A stretch of 57,004 nucleotides of DNA. Source: Clostridia bacterium DTU068 (GTDB taxonomy: Bacteria > Bacillota > DSM-12270 > Thermacetogeniales > Thermacetogeniaceae). The notes beneath the pieces are model-generated. The model made no database searches. It saw nothing but the letters and a program-made list of their open reading frames with translations, and had not been told where the DNA came from. This document shows, piece after piece, positions 20,534 through 28,862 of this stretch (position 1 is its first letter; every line of letters begins with the position of its first letter). The translations under genes and the position numbers were made by a program. The stretch spans positions 1 to 57,004 of the forward strand of contig LFTQ01000162.1 in NCBI GenBank assembly GCA_001513545.1, written 5' to 3'.

Positions 20534-20574
20534 GGCGGACAGTTTCCTTGATAAAGTATTTTTAAAGGAGGTTT

Positions 20575-21447
20575 TTGGTGAGGGAAGGCCTAGTACTGAA
20601 AGGTTATGGGGGGTTCTATTACATCAAGTCCGGAGTGGAAACCTGGTGCTGTCGCGGTCGCGGCCGTCTGCGCCGAGAGCAGGCACCACTGCCTGGAGAT
20701 TGGGTTCTTTTTACACCCCTCAAAGAGGGTGAAGGTATCATTGAGAGGATAAAACCGCGCAAAAATGAACTGCCTCGCCCCCCTGTGGCTAATGTTGATC
20801 AGGTAATTAATATTGTATCCCTGGCTGAGCCCGCACCGGATCTGAAGCTTCTTGACCGCTCTCTGGTTTTGTGTGAGTTAAAGAAACTGGATGTTGTGAT
20901 CTGTTTTAATAAAGCGGACCTGGTTGATGAAAAAGAGTCCCGGCAATTGATGGAAATATATCAGCATGCAGGTTATAAGACAGTTCTTACCTCTGCTCTT
21001 TACGGCAGCGGTCTGGATCTTGTTTGTCAGAACCTGGCGGAAAAAGTATCTGTCTTGTCTGGTCCATCAGGTGCGGGAAAATCCACACTGCTCAATGCAC
21101 TTGACCCAAAACTGAAGCTGAAGACAGGTGAGATAAGCAGAAAGCTGAAAAGAGGAAAACACACCACCAGATATGTTGAACTGCTTGAGGTTTGTGGTGG
21201 ATTTGTGGCAGATACACCTGGTTTCAGCAATTTAGAGTTGCCTCCGATGAGAAGAGAAGAGTTAGGTCGCTGTTTTCCGGAAATATACCAGTTAGCCAGC
21301 CAGTGCCGTTTTGATGACTGTCTTCATATCAATGAACCTGATTGCGGTGTAAGAGAGGCACTGGAGAAAGGGATGATCAGCAATATCCGTTATCAGGGTT
21401 ATCAACAGCTATTAGCAGAGGTTATCGTTAAGGAGCGGATTTACTGA
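20575..21447 (+). CDS. rsgA: Ribosome small-subunit GTPase RsgA (CpgA)
   Basis: NKADL, then GPSGAGKSTLLNAL (circularly permuted GTPase), and a C-terminal Cys cluster CRFDDCLHINEPDC. Confidence 0.95.
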   Translation: MVREGLVLKGYGGFYYIKSGVETWCCRGRGRLRREQAPLPGDWVLFTPLKEGEGIIERIKPRKNELPRPPVANVDQVINIVSLAEPAPDLKLLDRSLVLCELKKLDVVICFNKADLVDEKESRQLMEIYQHAGYKTVLTSALYGSGLDLVCQNLAEKVSVLSGPSGAGKSTLLNALDPKLKLKTGEISRKLKRGKHTTRYVELLEVCGGFVADTPGFSNLELPPMRREELGRCFPEIYQLASQCRFDDCLHINEPDCGVREALEKGMISNIRYQGYQQLLAEVIVKERIY

Positions 21448-22154
21448 TGGAGATAAAAATTGCACCATCAATCTTAACTGCGGATTTCAGCAAACTGGGT
21501 GAAGTTGTTAAAGAATTGGAAAAGGGTGGCGCTGATCAACTCCACCTTGACATTATGGACGGCCATTTTGTACCCAATCTCACCTTTGGCCCTTCTGTTG
21601 TGGCATCTCTTTCTCAGAACACATCTATACCCTTTGATGTGCATTTAATGGTAGAGCACCCGGAAAGGTTGTTTTCCTCTTTCGCCGCAGCTGGGGCAAA
21701 AAGCCTAACAGTACATGCAGAAGCATGTACCCACCTGCACCGAACTGTGCAGATGGTCAAGAATCTGGGATTGAGAGTTGGGGTAGCCCTTAACCCGGCT
21801 ACACCGTTAAGTTTTGTTGATTATATCCTTCCTGATCTGGACATAGTTCTCACCATGACCGTTAACCCCGGTTGGGGTGGACAGGCATTTATAACCGCCA
21901 TGTGTGAAAAGATCAGAAAGTTAAGAATGATGCTGAAAAATTCCGGGTCCACTGCTGAGCTGCAGGTGGATGGGGGAATTAATCTGCAAACAGTAAAAGC
22001 GGTTGTGGAGGCAGGGGCTAATTCTCTGGTAATCGGTTCTGCTTTATTGAGGGAGAGGGACTGGGGCCAAGCTATAGAACAATACCGATCATTGGCTGTT
22101 GAAGCTGCCGGTGACAGCTGGTGGCACAGTTCTCAAAAGACAGCAGATCATTGA
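21447..22154 (+). CDS. rpe: Ribulose-phosphate 3-epimerase
   Basis: IAPSILTADF, HLDIMDGHFVPN and VDGGIN motifs. Confidence 0.95.
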   Translation: MEIKIAPSILTADFSKLGEVVKELEKGGADQLHLDIMDGHFVPNLTFGPSVVASLSQNTSIPFDVHLMVEHPERLFSSFAAAGAKSLTVHAEACTHLHRTVQMVKNLGLRVGVALNPATPLSFVDYILPDLDIVLTMTVNPGWGGQAFITAMCEKIRKLRMMLKNSGSTAELQVDGGINLQTVKAVVEAGANSLVIGSALLRERDWGQAIEQYRSLAVEAAGDSWWHSSQKTADH

Positions 22155-22180
22155 CGAATATATTGGATTAGGTGTACAAT
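22151..22180 (+). promoter_or_regulatory. Sigma-A type promoter of the rib operon
   Basis: TTGACG (22151-22156, overlapping the rpe stop), 18 nt, TACAAT (22175-22180). Confidence 0.6.
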
Positions 22181-22199
22181 GAAACAGACATGTGAATAA

Positions 22200-22336
22200 A
22201 ATATTTGGAAGGTCCTTCGGGGGGTGGTGAAATTCCACACCGGCGGTGAAAGCCCGCGAATCCAGGTGTTTAACCTGGATTGATCCGGTGAAATTCCGGA
22301 GCCGACAGTAAAAGTCTGGATGGGAGAAGGAGACTT
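22200..22336 (+). promoter_or_regulatory. FMN riboswitch (RFN element) aptamer
   Basis: Conserved RFN cores: CTTCGGGG..GGTGAAATTCC..ACCGGCGGT..AAAGCCCGCGA ... CCGGTGAAATTCCGGAGCCGACAGT.AAAGTCTGGATGGGAGAAGGA. The P1 helix TCCTTC/GAAGGA closes it. Confidence 0.95.
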
Positions 22337-22356
22337 TTCATGTTTTCGTCTGATTT

Positions 22357-22390
22357 GACCCGAGGCTTTCCAGTCGGGTTTTTCTATTTT
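22357..22390 (+). terminator. Riboswitch expression-platform terminator
   Basis: ACCCGA...TCGGGT stem followed by TTTTTCTATTTT, just upstream of ribD. Confidence 0.8.
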
Positions 22391-22413
22391 TAATAATAAA
22401 CGGAGGGAACCTT

Positions 22414-23547
22414 TTGTCGAACCATGAACAATTGATGGCAAGAGCTCTTAAACTGGCTGAATTAGGACGGGGTCAAACCAGTCCCAATCCACTGGTTGGG
22501 GCTGTTGTGGTAAAAAACGGTGAAATTGTAGGAGAAGGATATCACCAAAGAGCCGGTTCACCCCATGCAGAGATAAACGCTCTGCGGGAAGCGGGAGAGA
22601 GGGCTCGTGATGCTGTACTATATGTTACTTTGGAACCGTGCTGTCATTACGGAAGAACCCCACCTTGTACAAAGGCCATTATAGAAGCGGGAATCCAAGA
22701 AGTGATAGTGGGGGTGACCGATCCCAATCCACAGGTTGCAGGAAAGGGAATCAGGATTTTGAAAGAGTCGGGGATAAAGGTTCAGGTGGGTGTTTTAGAA
22801 GAGGAAGTCCGCAGGCAGAATGAGGCTTTTTTCAAGTATATCCGAACTAAACTGCCATTTGTCTCATTAAAGGCCGCTGTTTCTCTTGATGGGAAGATTG
22901 CCACACGATCTGGAGATTCTAAGTGGATTACCGGTGAAGAGGCGCGTCTTTTAGTTCATAGACTGCGAGCCGAGAGCGATGCTGTTCTTACCGGAATCGG
23001 CACTGTTCTGGCTGATGACCCTCTTTTAAATGTGAGGCTTTCCGGTTATAAGGGCCGGCAACCGCTTAGAATTGTTGTTGACAGCAGTTTGCGCATTCCT
23101 GAAGAGTCACAATTGGTTCAGACTGCTGCTCAGATACCCACCGCTGTAGCAGTGATCAGAGGAAATTACAGCAGGGAAAAGAGGGAAAGGCTGGAAGCTA
23201 TCGGTGTGGATGTTTGGGAACTGCCGGCTTCTGAGGGGAGAGTGGATCTTAAATCTTTGCTGAACCTGCTTGGACAAAAGGAGATAATGAACCTCTTGGT
23301 AGAAGCTGGTTCTGCTATAAATGCCGCTCTGCTGGAATCGAGACTGGTGGATAAATATATTATTTTTCAGGCGCCCTTGTTGATCGGAGGCTACAATGCT
23401 CCAGGGGCCTTCGGGGGAAAAGGGTTTACCAGGATAAAAGATTGTCAGCGGCTTTCCGCTGTTTTCACAGATAGGGTTGGAGAGGATATGATTATCACTG
23501 CCTACCCTGAGTGGAGGTCGGAGGCCGGAAGTCAGAAGTCGGAATAG
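22414..23547 (+). CDS. ribD: Bifunctional riboflavin biosynthesis deaminase/reductase RibD
   Basis: HAEINAL and LEPCCHYGRTPPC deaminase zinc motifs, plus a reductase domain. The last roughly 11 codons and the TAG stop lie inside the tandem repeat. Confidence 0.95.
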   Translation: MSNHEQLMARALKLAELGRGQTSPNPLVGAVVVKNGEIVGEGYHQRAGSPHAEINALREAGERARDAVLYVTLEPCCHYGRTPPCTKAIIEAGIQEVIVGVTDPNPQVAGKGIRILKESGIKVQVGVLEEEVRRQNEAFFKYIRTKLPFVSLKAAVSLDGKIATRSGDSKWITGEEARLLVHRLRAESDAVLTGIGTVLADDPLLNVRLSGYKGRQPLRIVVDSSLRIPEESQLVQTAAQIPTAVAVIRGNYSREKRERLEAIGVDVWELPASEGRVDLKSLLNLLGQKEIMNLLVEAGSAINAALLESRLVDKYIIFQAPLLIGGYNAPGAFGGKGFTRIKDCQRLSAVFTDRVGEDMIITAYPEWRSEAGSQKSE

Positions 23548-23651
23548 AAAGCTGAGGTCGGAGGCCGGAAGTCAGAAGTCGGAATAGAAGATGAGGTTGG
23601 AGGCGGAGGTCTGAGGTCGGAATAGATGTTAGATATGGAGGTCTGATGGGG
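23514..23651. repeat. Tandem repeat: two exact 36-nt copies (23514-23549, 23554-23589; 40-nt period), a degenerate third copy and a tail, all built from GARGTCG-like heptads
   Basis: Read directly: GAGGTCG GAGGCCG GAAGTCA GAAGTCG GAATAGA, twice. Then GAGGTTG GAGGCG GAGGTCT GAGGTCG GAATAGA ... GAGGTCT. Confidence 0.9.
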
Positions 23652-23744
23652 GTGCGGGAGATCACAGATACCGGATGATAGACAGAAGTGTAAGTTGCAA
23701 CACAATGTAGGGTTCATCAACGGCAGTAAAAAAGGGGTGGTTGT

Positions 23745-24392
23745 TTGTTTACAGGACTTGTGGAAGACAGGGGTATCATTCGAGGGATTAAAAAGGGGCA
23801 TCTCTCTGCTTCTCTGGAAATTGAGTCAAGTATTATATGTGAAGACTTGGAGGTGGGGGATAGTATAGCGGTCAATGGGGTTTGTCTCACAGCTGCGTCT
23901 TGCGGCAGCAGAACTTTTTATGCTGATGTTATGGCGGAAACCCTTGCTAAGACAAATTTAGGTTTGTTAAGGGAAGGAGACCAGGTAAACTTAGAGAGGG
24001 CTTTAAAGATAGGAGGCAGGTTAGGTGGACACTTTGTCACCGGGCATGTTGATGGGGTAGGCGAGATATTGAGTATATACAAGCGGGGGATTTCAACAGA
24101 GATTTGGGTGAGAATGCCTGCAGAACTGCAGCCATATCTGACCCCCCAGGGTTCTATAACAGTTGATGGTACCAGTCTTACCATCGCAGAACTGCATTCT
24201 TCTTCATTCAAAGTGAGCTTAATACCCCATACTCTGGAAAAGACTATTTTAGGGTTGAAAAAGACAGGGGATCTGGTAAATATTGAGGCAGATATTTTGG
24301 GTAAGTATGTGTTCTATCTTCTGGGGAAAGGAACAGAAGATAAGGGAAGGGATCTTACTGTGGATTTTCTGGCGGAACATGGATTTATCTAG
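23745..24392 (+). CDS. ribE: Riboflavin synthase (alpha chain)
   Basis: MFTGLVED start and an internally duplicated barrel ([10 protein letters not shown] / [10 protein letters not shown]). TTG start after AAAGGGGTGG. Confidence 0.95.
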   Translation: MFTGLVEDRGIIRGIKKGHLSASLEIESSIICEDLEVGDSIAVNGVCLTAASCGSRTFYADVMAETLAKTNLGLLREGDQVNLERALKIGGRLGGHFVTGHVDGVGEILSIYKRGISTEIWVRMPAELQPYLTPQGSITVDGTSLTIAELHSSSFKVSLIPHTLEKTILGLKKTGDLVNIEADILGKYVFYLLGKGTEDKGRDLTVDFLAEHGFI

Positions 24393-24408
24393 GGGAGGGA
24401 GCGAAATA

Positions 24409-25620
24409 ATGGCAAAGGAATCTTTTGATACTATTGAAGAAGCCATCGCAGAGATAGCTGCGGGACGTATGGTTATTGTTGTTGATGATGAAGATAGGGA
24501 AAATGAAGGGGATTTGATTCTTGCAGCAGAAAAGGTAACACCTGAGGCCATCAACTTTATGGCAGTCTATGCTCGTGGTCTGATTTGTACTCCTATGACC
24601 GGAGAGCGTCTGGATGAATTAGAACTGCATCAGATGGTGGTAAACAACACAGACACCATGGAAACAGCGTTCACTGTATCTGTTGATGCTATTTCTACAA
24701 CCACTGGTATCTCCGCTTTTGAACGGGCTGAAACCATAAGGGTTTTAGTGGACCCCAAAACAGTGCCATCTGATTTAAGGCGTCCTGGTCATGTCTTTCC
24801 TCTGCGGGCAGTAGAAGGTGGTGTTCTGCGGAGAGCAGGACATACTGAGGCTTCTGTAGACCTGGCCCGGTTAGCAGGTCTTTATCCAGCAGGTGTGTGC
24901 TGTGAGATTATGAATGAGGATGGGACCATGGCCCGTGTCCCACAACTTCTTAAGTTTGCTGAAAAACACGATTTGAAGATCATCACTATAGCGGATTTGA
25001 TCGAATACCGCCGCCATACAGAAAAACTGGTGCGGAGAGTAACAGAAACACATCTGCCGACAAAGTATGGTGATTTTACAGCTATAGCCTATGAGACTTT
25101 GCTGGATCATACCTGCAATATTGCCCTGGTGCAGGGTGATATAAGGACCGGTGAACCTGTTTTGACTCGGGTGCACTCTGAGTGTTTAACCGGAGATGTT
25201 TTTGGTTCTCTCCGCTGTGACTGTGGTGGGCAGTTGGCACAAGCACTGCGCATGATCTCTGCTGAAGGGATAGGAATACTGCTTTACATGCGGCAGGAGG
25301 GAAGGGGGATTGGTCTGTTGAACAAACTCCGGGCTTATAAGCTGCAGGATGAGGGAAGTGATACAGTTGAAGCCAATGAACAGCTTGGGTTTCCCCCGGA
25401 CCTGCGGGATTACGGTATAGGAGCCCAAATTCTGGTGGACCTTGGTGTTAAGAAGCTGAGGCTGATGACAAACAACCCCCGTAAAATTAAGGGGCTGCAG
25501 GGTTACGGTTTGGAGGTTGTGGAAAGGGTTCCTATTGAAATACCACCAAGGGCTGAAAACAAGCGGTATCTTCAAACAAAGAAGGAAAAAATGGGGCATT
25601 TTTTAGCCCTGAATAAATAG
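24409..25620 (+). CDS. ribBA: Bifunctional 3,4-dihydroxy-2-butanone-4-phosphate synthase / GTP cyclohydrolase II
   Basis: [11 protein letters not shown] and HTEASVDL (DHBP synthase), then [17 protein letters not shown] (GCH II). ATG 24409 follows GGGGAGGGAG; the ORF track starts at 24283. Confidence 0.95.
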   Translation: MAKESFDTIEEAIAEIAAGRMVIVVDDEDRENEGDLILAAEKVTPEAINFMAVYARGLICTPMTGERLDELELHQMVVNNTDTMETAFTVSVDAISTTTGISAFERAETIRVLVDPKTVPSDLRRPGHVFPLRAVEGGVLRRAGHTEASVDLARLAGLYPAGVCCEIMNEDGTMARVPQLLKFAEKHDLKIITIADLIEYRRHTEKLVRRVTETHLPTKYGDFTAIAYETLLDHTCNIALVQGDIRTGEPVLTRVHSECLTGDVFGSLRCDCGGQLAQALRMISAEGIGILLYMRQEGRGIGLLNKLRAYKLQDEGSDTVEANEQLGFPPDLRDYGIGAQILVDLGVKKLRLMTNNPRKIKGLQGYGLEVVERVPIEIPPRAENKRYLQTKKEKMGHFLALNK

Positions 25621-25635
25621 AAAGGAGTTATTAAA

Positions 25636-26106
25636 TTGCCGCAAATATTCGAAGGAAAATTACTGGGAGAGGGACTGCGTTTAGGAATTGTTGTATCAAG
25701 GTTTAATGAGTTTATTACCAATAAGCTTTTGGGTGGGGCTCTAGACATGCTGTTCAGGCATGGTGTCAGTGAGGATGCAGTGGATGTGGCTTGGGTTCCG
25801 GGTGCCTTTGAAATCCCTTTGACCGCTCAAAAAATGGTTGAGCGCGGTTATGATGCAGTTATCTGCTTGGGAGCAGTGATCAGAGGGGCTACACCTCATT
25901 TCGACTATGTAGCCAGTGAGGTTACCAAAGGAATCGCCCAGGTCAGCCTTGCGTCGGGAGTACCTGTGGTATATGGTTTGATCACCGCGGACACCTTGGA
26001 ACAGGCGATAGAGCGGGCAGGGACAAAGGCGGGGAATAAGGGTGCTGATGCGGCAGTGACTGCCCTGGAAATGATTAATCTCTTCAGGGAATTGAAAGGG
26101 AATTAA
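25636..26106 (+). CDS. ribH: 6,7-dimethyl-8-ribityllumazine synthase
   Basis: [20 protein letters not shown] and HFDYV motifs. Confidence 0.95.
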   Translation: MPQIFEGKLLGEGLRLGIVVSRFNEFITNKLLGGALDMLFRHGVSEDAVDVAWVPGAFEIPLTAQKMVERGYDAVICLGAVIRGATPHFDYVASEVTKGIAQVSLASGVPVVYGLITADTLEQAIERAGTKAGNKGADAAVTALEMINLFRELKGN

Positions 26107-26107
26107 G

Positions 26108-26438
26108 ATGCGCATCATATGCCTTTCTACAAATAGAAAACCTGTGCATCCTGGTCAATTATGGGCACAGGTTGAGTGCTGCTGAAAGGGAGGCACAGGC
26201 TCATAGGTTTAAGGTTCAGTTATTTGTTTTTGGACACACACATATCCCCCTTTTGGAAAAGAAGGGGGATATCATCTATCTCAATCAAGGATCGCCGTCC
26301 CTGCCTAAAGAGAATTGGGAACCAACAGTTGCCTTTCTTGAGAATGGTGTGGTAGGTCTTTTAGGCATCGATTCTGGAAACTGCCTGCAAGAGGCCCAGT
26401 TTGTCATTATAGTGCTCGCTTTACTTTCCCTGCTTTAA
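26108..26438 (+). pseudogene. Remnant of a YfcE/MJ0936-family metallophosphoesterase (internal deletion and frameshift)
   Basis: ATG 26108 encodes MRIICLST, which resembles the family N-terminus, then stops after 25 codons. The 26172 frame keeps only the C-terminal part (LVNYGH...FVFGHTHIPL...NQGSPSLP). The DxH / GDxxD / GNxD metal motifs are absent. Confidence 0.5.
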
Positions 26439-26595
26439 GGCAGCGGGTACAGACATAAAGGCGAGTGGGTTTACCGTTGACCACTGTTTTTACACGCTGC
26501 AGGTTTGGTGCCCAAACTTTTTTGGTGCGGACATGGGAGTGACTGACCTGCATACCTACATGAACACCTTTTCCACAAATTGCGCACTTTGCCAT
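26407..26595 (-). CDS. rpmB: 50S ribosomal protein L28
   Basis: [10 protein letters not shown]...[14 protein letters not shown] is the canonical L28 sequence. 62 aa. Confidence 0.95.
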   Translation of the reverse strand: MAKCAICGKGVHVGMQVSHSHVRTKKVWAPNLQRVKTVVNGKPTRLYVCTRCLKAGKVKRAL

Positions 26596-26622
26596 CTATA
26601 ATCCTCCTTTCCTACAGAACCT

Positions 26623-26651
26623 ATTCTAACAAAAGAGCACAGCAATGACAA
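26623..26651 (-). promoter_or_regulatory. Sigma-A type promoter of rpmB
   Basis: On the minus strand: TTGTCA (26651-26646), 17 nt, TAGAAT (26628-26623). Confidence 0.55.
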
Positions 26652-26838
26652 GGAATTGCCTTTTCCTCGTCTATTTTTTTATTGAATTATCGATAACAGA
26701 TCATGCTGTAAAACAGTATTTTTCCCCGATATTCGCCGTATTGACATAAATAACTGCTATCAGTACCCTGAAGGTGGAACATATAGTATAATAAAGCTGT
26801 CGTACAAGTACTACATGGGGTGGAAGGGGGCAGAGACC

Positions 26839-27195
26839 ATGAGTAACACCCGACAAACCGATTACGGCAAAATTGAGATCACTTCTGAGGCTCTGGCTGC
26901 AATTGCAGGTGCAGCTGCTGTGCGCTGTTTTGGTATTGTGGGAATGGTCCCCAGAGGATTGCGCCAGGGAGTCTCAGAAATATTAGGAGGGGATGCCATA
27001 AGCAGGGGAGTTGAAGTCAAACAGGATGGGTCCGATGTTATCATAGACCTCTATGTTGTTATGGCCTATGGGGTGAACATAGCACAGGTTGCTCAAAATG
27101 TTATGGAGACTGTCCGTTATGAAATAGAGAAAATGACAGGCCTGCGTCCAGTAGAAATAAATGTAAATGTTACAGGCATCAGAGTCTTCAAGTAA
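26839..27195 (+). CDS. Asp23/Gls24-family protein (YloU-like)
   Basis: GKIEITSEALAAIAGAAAVRCFGIVGM is the Asp23 signature, and it is paired with the DAK2 gene. ATG 26839 follows GGAAGGGGG. Confidence 0.85.
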   Translation: MSNTRQTDYGKIEITSEALAAIAGAAAVRCFGIVGMVPRGLRQGVSEILGGDAISRGVEVKQDGSDVIIDLYVVMAYGVNIAQVAQNVMETVRYEIEKMTGLRPVEINVNVTGIRVFK

Positions 27196-27213
27196 TTGTA
27201 AGGAGGAACCGGA

Positions 27214-28860
27214 TTGGAGCGGTGTATTGTAACCGGTGAACAATTAAAGTGTTTGTTTGCCGGTGGACTGGAAGCAATTGAAGAACATCAGCAGGAAGTT
27301 GATAGTCTTAATGTTTTTCCTGTTCCAGATGGTGATACAGGACGTAATATGTATTTAACAATGGCTGCAGCAGTAAAAGAGATGGAGACCGCAACCACCT
27401 CCCATATAGGGAATGTGGGGGAGGCTATTGCCCAGGGTTCATTGATGGGTGCCCGGGGGAACTCAGGTGTGATTTTATCTCAACTGCTGCGGGGTCTTAC
27501 CGATGGTTTGAAAGGTAAAGAAACCATAACTCTACAGGAGTTTGCCAGTGCCTGGGAGGCAGCTGTAGCCAGCGCTTACCGTGCGGTAATCAAGCCTGTT
27601 GAAGGTACTATGCTGACGGTCTCCAAGAGCTTTGCTCAGGGGATGAAAAAGGCAGCCGCAGAGAGTAATTCACTGGAAGAGGCCCTGGCACAGGCAATCA
27701 AACAGGGTTATGAGACCTTGATGCAGACACCGGAAATGCTTCCTGTCTTGAAGAAGGCAGGTGTTGTAGATGCAGGAGGAAAGGGTTTGCTGGTCATTTT
27801 GGAAGGTGGACTTTATGCCCTCAGCAATGGCAGTTATACTGTGCAAAAGATGGATACAAGAACACAACCGGTGATTGAAACCATCGAGGAAAAGCCTGCA
27901 GAGGAAGAGGATTTTACTTATCTGTATTGTACAGAGTTTTTATTGGAGGCTGATCCGGCAGTAGAACCTGATATTAAATCCTATTTAAACGGTGTTGGAG
28001 ACAGTATGGTTATAGGATGTGCAGGTTCATATATTAAAGTGCATATCCATACCAACAACCCGGGAAAGGTTTTAGATTACTGCCTGCAATATGGAACACT
28101 CCATGATATTAAAATTGATAATATGTACGACCAATGGAGGGCTGAACAGTCAGGTCAGACAGCTGTTAATAAAATAGATACAGCTGTTAACAGCTCAGAT
28201 GTTTTGGATATCGGTGTGGTTGCTGTTGGATGCGGGGAAGGCATAAAGCAGCTCTTTTACAATCTTGGGGTACAGCAGGTAATTGAAGGTGGACAGACAA
28301 TGAACCCCCCTGTGGAAGAGTTTGTGAGAGCGATTAAGGAAACTAATGGGCGGCAGGTGTTGATTCTGCCCAATAACAAAAATCTAATTCTTTCTGCCCA
28401 ACAGGCCAAAGAGCTTGTGGATATCCCTGTAGAGGTGATCCCTTCGAAAAGCATTCCTGCTGGGATCAGTGCCTTACTGCTATTTAATGATTCCATGACC
28501 CTAGAGGAGAACAGAGAGCGAATGACAAAGCAGTTGGAGGAGACCAAAACAGGAGAAGTGACCTATGCTGTCAGGGATGCTATGCTTGGTGAACAGGAGA
28601 TTAAAAAGGGTGAGCTGATTGGGATTTACCAGGGGGAAATAGCTGCCGCCGGTTCATCACAGGAGAGTGTTGTTTTGGCATTGTTGGATAAGATGATCGA
28701 TGAGGAAGATGAACTGATAACCATTTATTGGGGTGCTGATGTGGAAGCGGAAACTGTGGAAAAAATTATTGAACAAATTGAGGAGAAATATCCCGAGTTG
28801 GAAGTGGATTCACATAATGGAGGACAACCCTTGTATTATTTCCTGATCAGTGTGGAATAG
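27214..28860 (+). CDS. DAK2 domain-containing protein (YloV-like)
   Basis: LNVFPVPDGDTGRNM and ARGNSGVILSQ motifs of the Dak phosphatase-like domain. 548 aa. Confidence 0.85.
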   Translation: MERCIVTGEQLKCLFAGGLEAIEEHQQEVDSLNVFPVPDGDTGRNMYLTMAAAVKEMETATTSHIGNVGEAIAQGSLMGARGNSGVILSQLLRGLTDGLKGKETITLQEFASAWEAAVASAYRAVIKPVEGTMLTVSKSFAQGMKKAAAESNSLEEALAQAIKQGYETLMQTPEMLPVLKKAGVVDAGGKGLLVILEGGLYALSNGSYTVQKMDTRTQPVIETIEEKPAEEEDFTYLYCTEFLLEADPAVEPDIKSYLNGVGDSMVIGCAGSYIKVHIHTNNPGKVLDYCLQYGTLHDIKIDNMYDQWRAEQSGQTAVNKIDTAVNSSDVLDIGVVAVGCGEGIKQLFYNLGVQQVIEGGQTMNPPVEEFVRAIKETNGRQVLILPNNKNLILSAQQAKELVDIPVEVIPSKSIPAGISALLLFNDSMTLEENRERMTKQLEETKTGEVTYAVRDAMLGEQEIKKGELIGIYQGEIAAAGSSQESVVLALLDKMIDEEDELITIYWGADVEAETVEKIIEQIEEKYPELEVDSHNGGQPLYYFLISVE

Positions 28861-28862
28861 GA

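Noticed and set aside
22148-22441. 97-aa minus-strand ORF across the rpe-ribD gap.
   Set aside because: It lies antisense to a textbook FMN riboswitch and its terminator, so it is an artefact of the structured GC-rich RNA element.
23532-23801. 89-aa Pro/Ser/Thr-rich minus-strand ORF.
   Set aside because: It is simply the reverse translation of the GA-rich tandem repeat. It has no SD and overlaps the ribE start.
26139-26173. 9-bp perfect inverted repeat AACCTGTGC...GCACAGGTT after ribH, considered as the rib operon terminator.
   Set aside because: No T-run follows, the loop is 17 nt, and it lies inside the phosphoesterase remnant. Repeats of this size are expected a few times by chance in the window.
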